DNA from: Alphaproteobacteria bacterium
GTDB lineage: Bacteria; Pseudomonadota; Alphaproteobacteria; Bin95
DNA: 64,000 bases
Assembly (NCBI GenBank): GCA_963665325.3
Contig: CAXXWS020000004.1
Coordinates: 64,001 to 128,000 of the forward strand
Direction of reading: 5' to 3'
Within the stretch, counting starts at the first letter, position 1. Each line of letters begins with the position of its first letter. Position numbers and translations under genes: made by a program. The notes under the pieces were generated by a model. It was given only the letters and a program-made list of their open reading frames with translations. It did not search any database and had not been told where the DNA came from. Below, piece after piece: positions 60,680-64,000 of this stretch.

Positions 60680-61984
60680 GTGACGGTTATTACCCTGTCA
60701 ACGCTCGGTCTGCTTGTTTTGTTTCTCGGCGCCAGCCTTTGGATATGGCTGGCGCTCTATTCGGTGGGTATCGGCAGCCTGTTCATTTTTCGCGACCTAC
60801 CCATCGACAAGCTCATACCGCAGGTAACTTACAAAATCGCCATCACACCGGAGCTCATGGCCCTTACCCTTTTCATTCTCATGGCGGAAATCCTTTTCAG
60901 AACCCGAATGTCGGAATCGCTCTTCAAGGGTTTGTCGCCGTGGGCCGCCTTGATGCCCGGACGCCTTCTCCACGTGACCGTCCTCGGGTGCACGTTGTTC
61001 GCCGCGGTTTCCGGGTCGTCGGCGGCGACGACGGCAGTGGTCGGACGCATCACATCGACGGAGCTGTTGAACAGGGGTTACGATCGCGACCTCGTCATCG
61101 GTTCACTTGCCGGAGCGGGCACCTTTGGACTGCTGATCCCGCCCAGTGGAATCATGATCATCTATGGGGTCCTCGCCGAGGAGTCGATTCTGAAGCTCTT
61201 TATCGCCGGCGTCATACCCGGCCTTGTCTTGGCAATGAGTTTCATGGCTTACTTGGGCATTCGGGCGGTGATGAACCCCGCTCTCGTTGCACGCGATGTC
61301 GATCCCGCCATGTCGTGGGGGCAGCGCTTGCGATCGCTCATCGATATCGCGCCAGTGATTCTGCTTGTCCTTTTCGTTATGGGCTCCATGTACGGAGGCT
61401 TCGCAACGCCATCCGAGGCGGCGGCCGTGGGCTGTCTCGGCGCGGTAATCGTTAGCGCCCTCCAAAAGACGCTCACGCCGAGAAGTTTGGCGGCAGCCTT
61501 CCTCGGCGCCGCTCGCACGATGAGCATGATCGGGCTCATCATCACGGGGGCCGTCTTCCTTTCCGTGGCACTGGGCTTCCTGGGGGTTCCCGACGCCATT
61601 GCGAAAGCCATCGCGCGGCTTGATCTTTCGCCGTTCATGCTCATCCTTCTCCTGATCGTTTTCTACGCCGTCCTGGGAATGGTGCTCGAAGGCAACTCAG
61701 CCATCATTATGACGCTGCCAATTACCCTGCCGCTGGTCTTGGCCGCCGGATTCGACAAGATTTGGTTCGGCGTTTTCCTGGTCGTGGTCGTGGAGATGGC
61801 GCAGATAACGCCGCCCGTCGGGTTCAACCTGTTCGTCATTCAAGGTCTCACGGGTGACCGGGTCGGCCGGATCGCCTATGCCGCGCTGCCGTTTTTCCTG
61901 CTCATGGCCGGCCTGTGCGTCTTGATCGTCATATTTCCGGAGATCGTCCTGTATCTCCCGGAGAGTATTCAGCTGAGGGGCTAG
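60680..61984 (+). CDS. TRAP large permease (DctM)
   Basis: SGSSAA, G.LIPPS, TPSEAAA, ITPPVGFNLF. Confidence 0.93.
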   Translation: MTVITLSTLGLLVLFLGASLWIWLALYSVGIGSLFIFRDLPIDKLIPQVTYKIAITPELMALTLFILMAEILFRTRMSESLFKGLSPWAALMPGRLLHVTVLGCTLFAAVSGSSAATTAVVGRITSTELLNRGYDRDLVIGSLAGAGTFGLLIPPSGIMIIYGVLAEESILKLFIAGVIPGLVLAMSFMAYLGIRAVMNPALVARDVDPAMSWGQRLRSLIDIAPVILLVLFVMGSMYGGFATPSEAAAVGCLGAVIVSALQKTLTPRSLAAAFLGAARTMSMIGLIITGAVFLSVALGFLGVPDAIAKAIARLDLSPFMLILLLIVFYAVLGMVLEGNSAIIMTLPITLPLVLAAGFDKIWFGVFLVVVVEMAQITPPVGFNLFVIQGLTGDRVGRIAYAALPFFLLMAGLCVLIVIFPEIVLYLPESIQLRG

Positions 61985-61990
61985 AAGCCG

Positions 61991-62872
61991 ATGGCGGAAG
62001 CATTGGAACTTGCGGAACACATTGGGGCCGCGACGGCGGCAACCGCGGTGAGAGACCTGGACAAGGAAGGGCATCGCGACGCTGGGTTCGATCAGCGGCA
62101 CCCCGTCACGGTTCGACATGCCGCCCGTCGCGGCCTGTTGACCGGATACACCGCGCAATGTGCGCCGGGGTATGTGCAGGCCAACCTTGTCATTCTTGAC
62201 GCCTCCCATGCCGACGGGTTCACAAGGTTCTGCCAGAGAAACCCCAAGCCGTGTCCCCTGCTCGACGTTTCCGAGGTGGGGGACTTCCGGTTGCCGCGTT
62301 TGGGAAACGATCTGGACGTGCGGACCGACCTTCCAAGCTACAGGATTTGGCGGGAGGGAGAGCTGGTGGAAGAGGTCGCCGACGTGTCAGCGCTCTGGCG
62401 GGACGACCTTGTCGCCTTTGCTTTGGGGTGCGGGTTCTCCACGGACCAGGCACTGCTGAATGCGGGCATTCCGGTTCGCCATGTCGAGAGGAACGAATCC
62501 GCCGGGATGTATGTAACCAACATCGAGACGGTTGCCGCCGGTCAGTTCAAGGGCCCCATGGTCGTCACCATGAGGCCCTTGATGCCGTCGGCCGCAATTC
62601 GGGCGATCCAGGTCACAACGCGGTTTCCCCACTGCCATGGCGCGCCCATTCACATCGGGCGGCCGGAGCAGATCGGTATCAAGGATCTCCTCCGGCCCGA
62701 TTTCGGACCCAAGACGATCAAGATCCAAGACGACGAGATTCCGGTGTTCTGGGCTTGTGGCGTGACGCCCCAGGCGGTCCTGCGGTACGCCAAGCCGCCG
62801 CTGTGCATCACCCACACGCCGGGGCACATGCTGGTTACCGATCTGACCAATGATAGCCTCGCTCTCTTTTGA
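61991..62872 (+). CDS. DUF1445 / D-glutamate cyclase-family putative hydro-lyase
   Basis: [60 protein letters not shown]. Confidence 0.9.
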   Translation: MAEALELAEHIGAATAATAVRDLDKEGHRDAGFDQRHPVTVRHAARRGLLTGYTAQCAPGYVQANLVILDASHADGFTRFCQRNPKPCPLLDVSEVGDFRLPRLGNDLDVRTDLPSYRIWREGELVEEVADVSALWRDDLVAFALGCGFSTDQALLNAGIPVRHVERNESAGMYVTNIETVAAGQFKGPMVVTMRPLMPSAAIRAIQVTTRFPHCHGAPIHIGRPEQIGIKDLLRPDFGPKTIKIQDDEIPVFWACGVTPQAVLRYAKPPLCITHTPGHMLVTDLTNDSLALF

Positions 62873-63075
62873 GACATCACGCAAGGCAATACGTCATGGG
62901 GGGCGTGAACACACCGATCAACGGCCGTGAGCAAGGCGGAAGGTGGCGGGTCCGGAGTTGCGATTCCGCCGCCGCCAACGCAACGTCGTGCGGAGCGGCT
63001 ACGCTGACGGGATCATGAGGGGGAGGACAACGTGTCCGGCGAACCGGCGAAGATGACGGCGGCACAACTATTGGG

Positions 63076-63387
63076 TCAGACGAGTTCGCGATCGCCGGTA
63101 TTCCTGATGGTGCGTGTCGTTTCCGGCGGGACGGCAAGTGTCGTGCCCCTCTCGATCTCCTGCCACGGCCCGGCGCCGATCCGGGCCTCGCCCTCTCCGG
63201 CGAGCACGACGAAGACCTCGGTGGCCTGGTGCCGATGCGGTGGGATCGCTTCGCCGCCCTCAGGGAACACTTCCAGGCAGGCCACGACCCGTGCATCGCC
63301 GATGGTCAGATTCAGGAGAGGCGTGAAGCTGTTCGGGCTCTCATCCGGGCGGTAGGTCGGAAGGCCCTCCGGCGGCAACCTGAGCAT
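63076..63387 (-). pseudogene. cupin-domain protein, probably C-terminally truncated
   Basis: PPHRH...EVFVVL.GEG (motif 1). Motif 2 (VPP..T[R].IRNTG) lacks its His, and the ORF stops before the last strand. Confidence 0.55.
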
Positions 63388-63530
63388 TGGCTTTCTCCCC
63401 CGGCCGCTGATGTATGAGCCACTGCGGTCGGCCCTAACCGGGCCACCGGGATGACCGCCGCGTCTGCTCTCTGCTACGATCCTAGCATGGCGGTATCCAG
63501 ATCAAGCGCGCCGATCCGCAACGGGGAGAG

Positions 63531-64000
63531 ATGACCATGCACGCGATCCGCATCGACCGCAGCAAACCCTTGGCGGAGGAGCCGCACGTCGGCCACAACC
63601 GCTTCCATCCCGACATCCCTCCCGTGCTCGAGGTGGGCGAGGGGGAGGAGGTTTTCATGGAGACGCGTGACGCGCTCGACGGCCAGATCCGGCCCGATTC
63701 CACCGAGGCGGACTTCAACAGCCTCGACGCGGGCGCAGTGCACGCCCTGACAGGGCCGATCTACGTCAAGGGGGCCGCGCCCGGCGATGCCCTGGAGATC
63801 GAGTTCCTGGATATCGAGCCGCAGCCCATCGCCTTCAGCGCCATCCTCCCCGGCCTCGGCTTCCTGCGCGATGTCATGACCACGCCCTTCCTGGTGCACT
63901 GGCGGATCGCCGACGGCTGGGCGACCTCCGAACAAATCCCCGGCGTGCGCATTCCGGGCGCGCCTTTTATGGGCGTTTCGGGCGTTGCGCCCTCGCCCGA
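63531..64000 (+). CDS. acetamidase/formamidase-family protein; runs off the right edge
   Basis: Translated by hand: GHNRFHPDIPP...V.METRDA.DGQI...H.LTGPIYV.GA.PGD.LEIE.LDI...PFMGV.GVAP. Confidence 0.9.
   Translation, partial: MTMHAIRIDRSKPLAEEPHVGHNRFHPDIPPVLEVGEGEEVFMETRDALDGQIRPDSTEADFNSLDAGAVHALTGPIYVKGAAPGDALEIEFLDIEPQPIAFSAILPGLGFLRDVMTTPFLVHWRIADGWATSEQIPGVRIPGAPFMGVSGVAPSP

Overview
This is a high-GC bacterial window, probably alphaproteobacterial (L33 sequence, Zn-ribbon DinB, RpoH/ROSE-type ibpA leader, many TRAP transporters). Positions 1-28.6 kb look mostly like backbone: a partial Mrr-type nuclease, SDRs, an IS5, ibpA, a TauD-family gene, glnS, a class-III aminotransferase, a TAXI-TRAP transporter, dinB, rpmG, two RND pumps around an HDAC-family gene, and LLM/MDR/HMG-CoA-lyase/CoA-transferase genes. 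From 28.6 kb onward the window is an IS-rich accessory region of transport and catabolic operons. The main observations are these. (1) An IS110-family (IS1111-type) element at about 49.35-50.75 kb sits inside the terminal repeat of an IS21 remnant. Its downstream non-coding region carries short segments matching both strands of that IS21 end and both strands of its own predicted circle junction. This reads as a bridge/seek-RNA programmed against another transposon, and two empty perfect targets lie in the same window. (2) A complete IS66-like element (22-bp perfect TIRs, 8-bp TSD) has no TnpA/TnpB, has a very long coiled-coil transposase, and carries a translationally coupled DUF4338/Mom-like passenger gene. 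(3) An IS21 abuts an inverted 309-bp copy of its own left end. (4) One ABC/FAD-oxidoreductase/CoA-transferase operon carries four independent lesions. I recognised no rRNA, tRNA or CRISPR array. All functional calls come from motif recognition by eye, not database searches.
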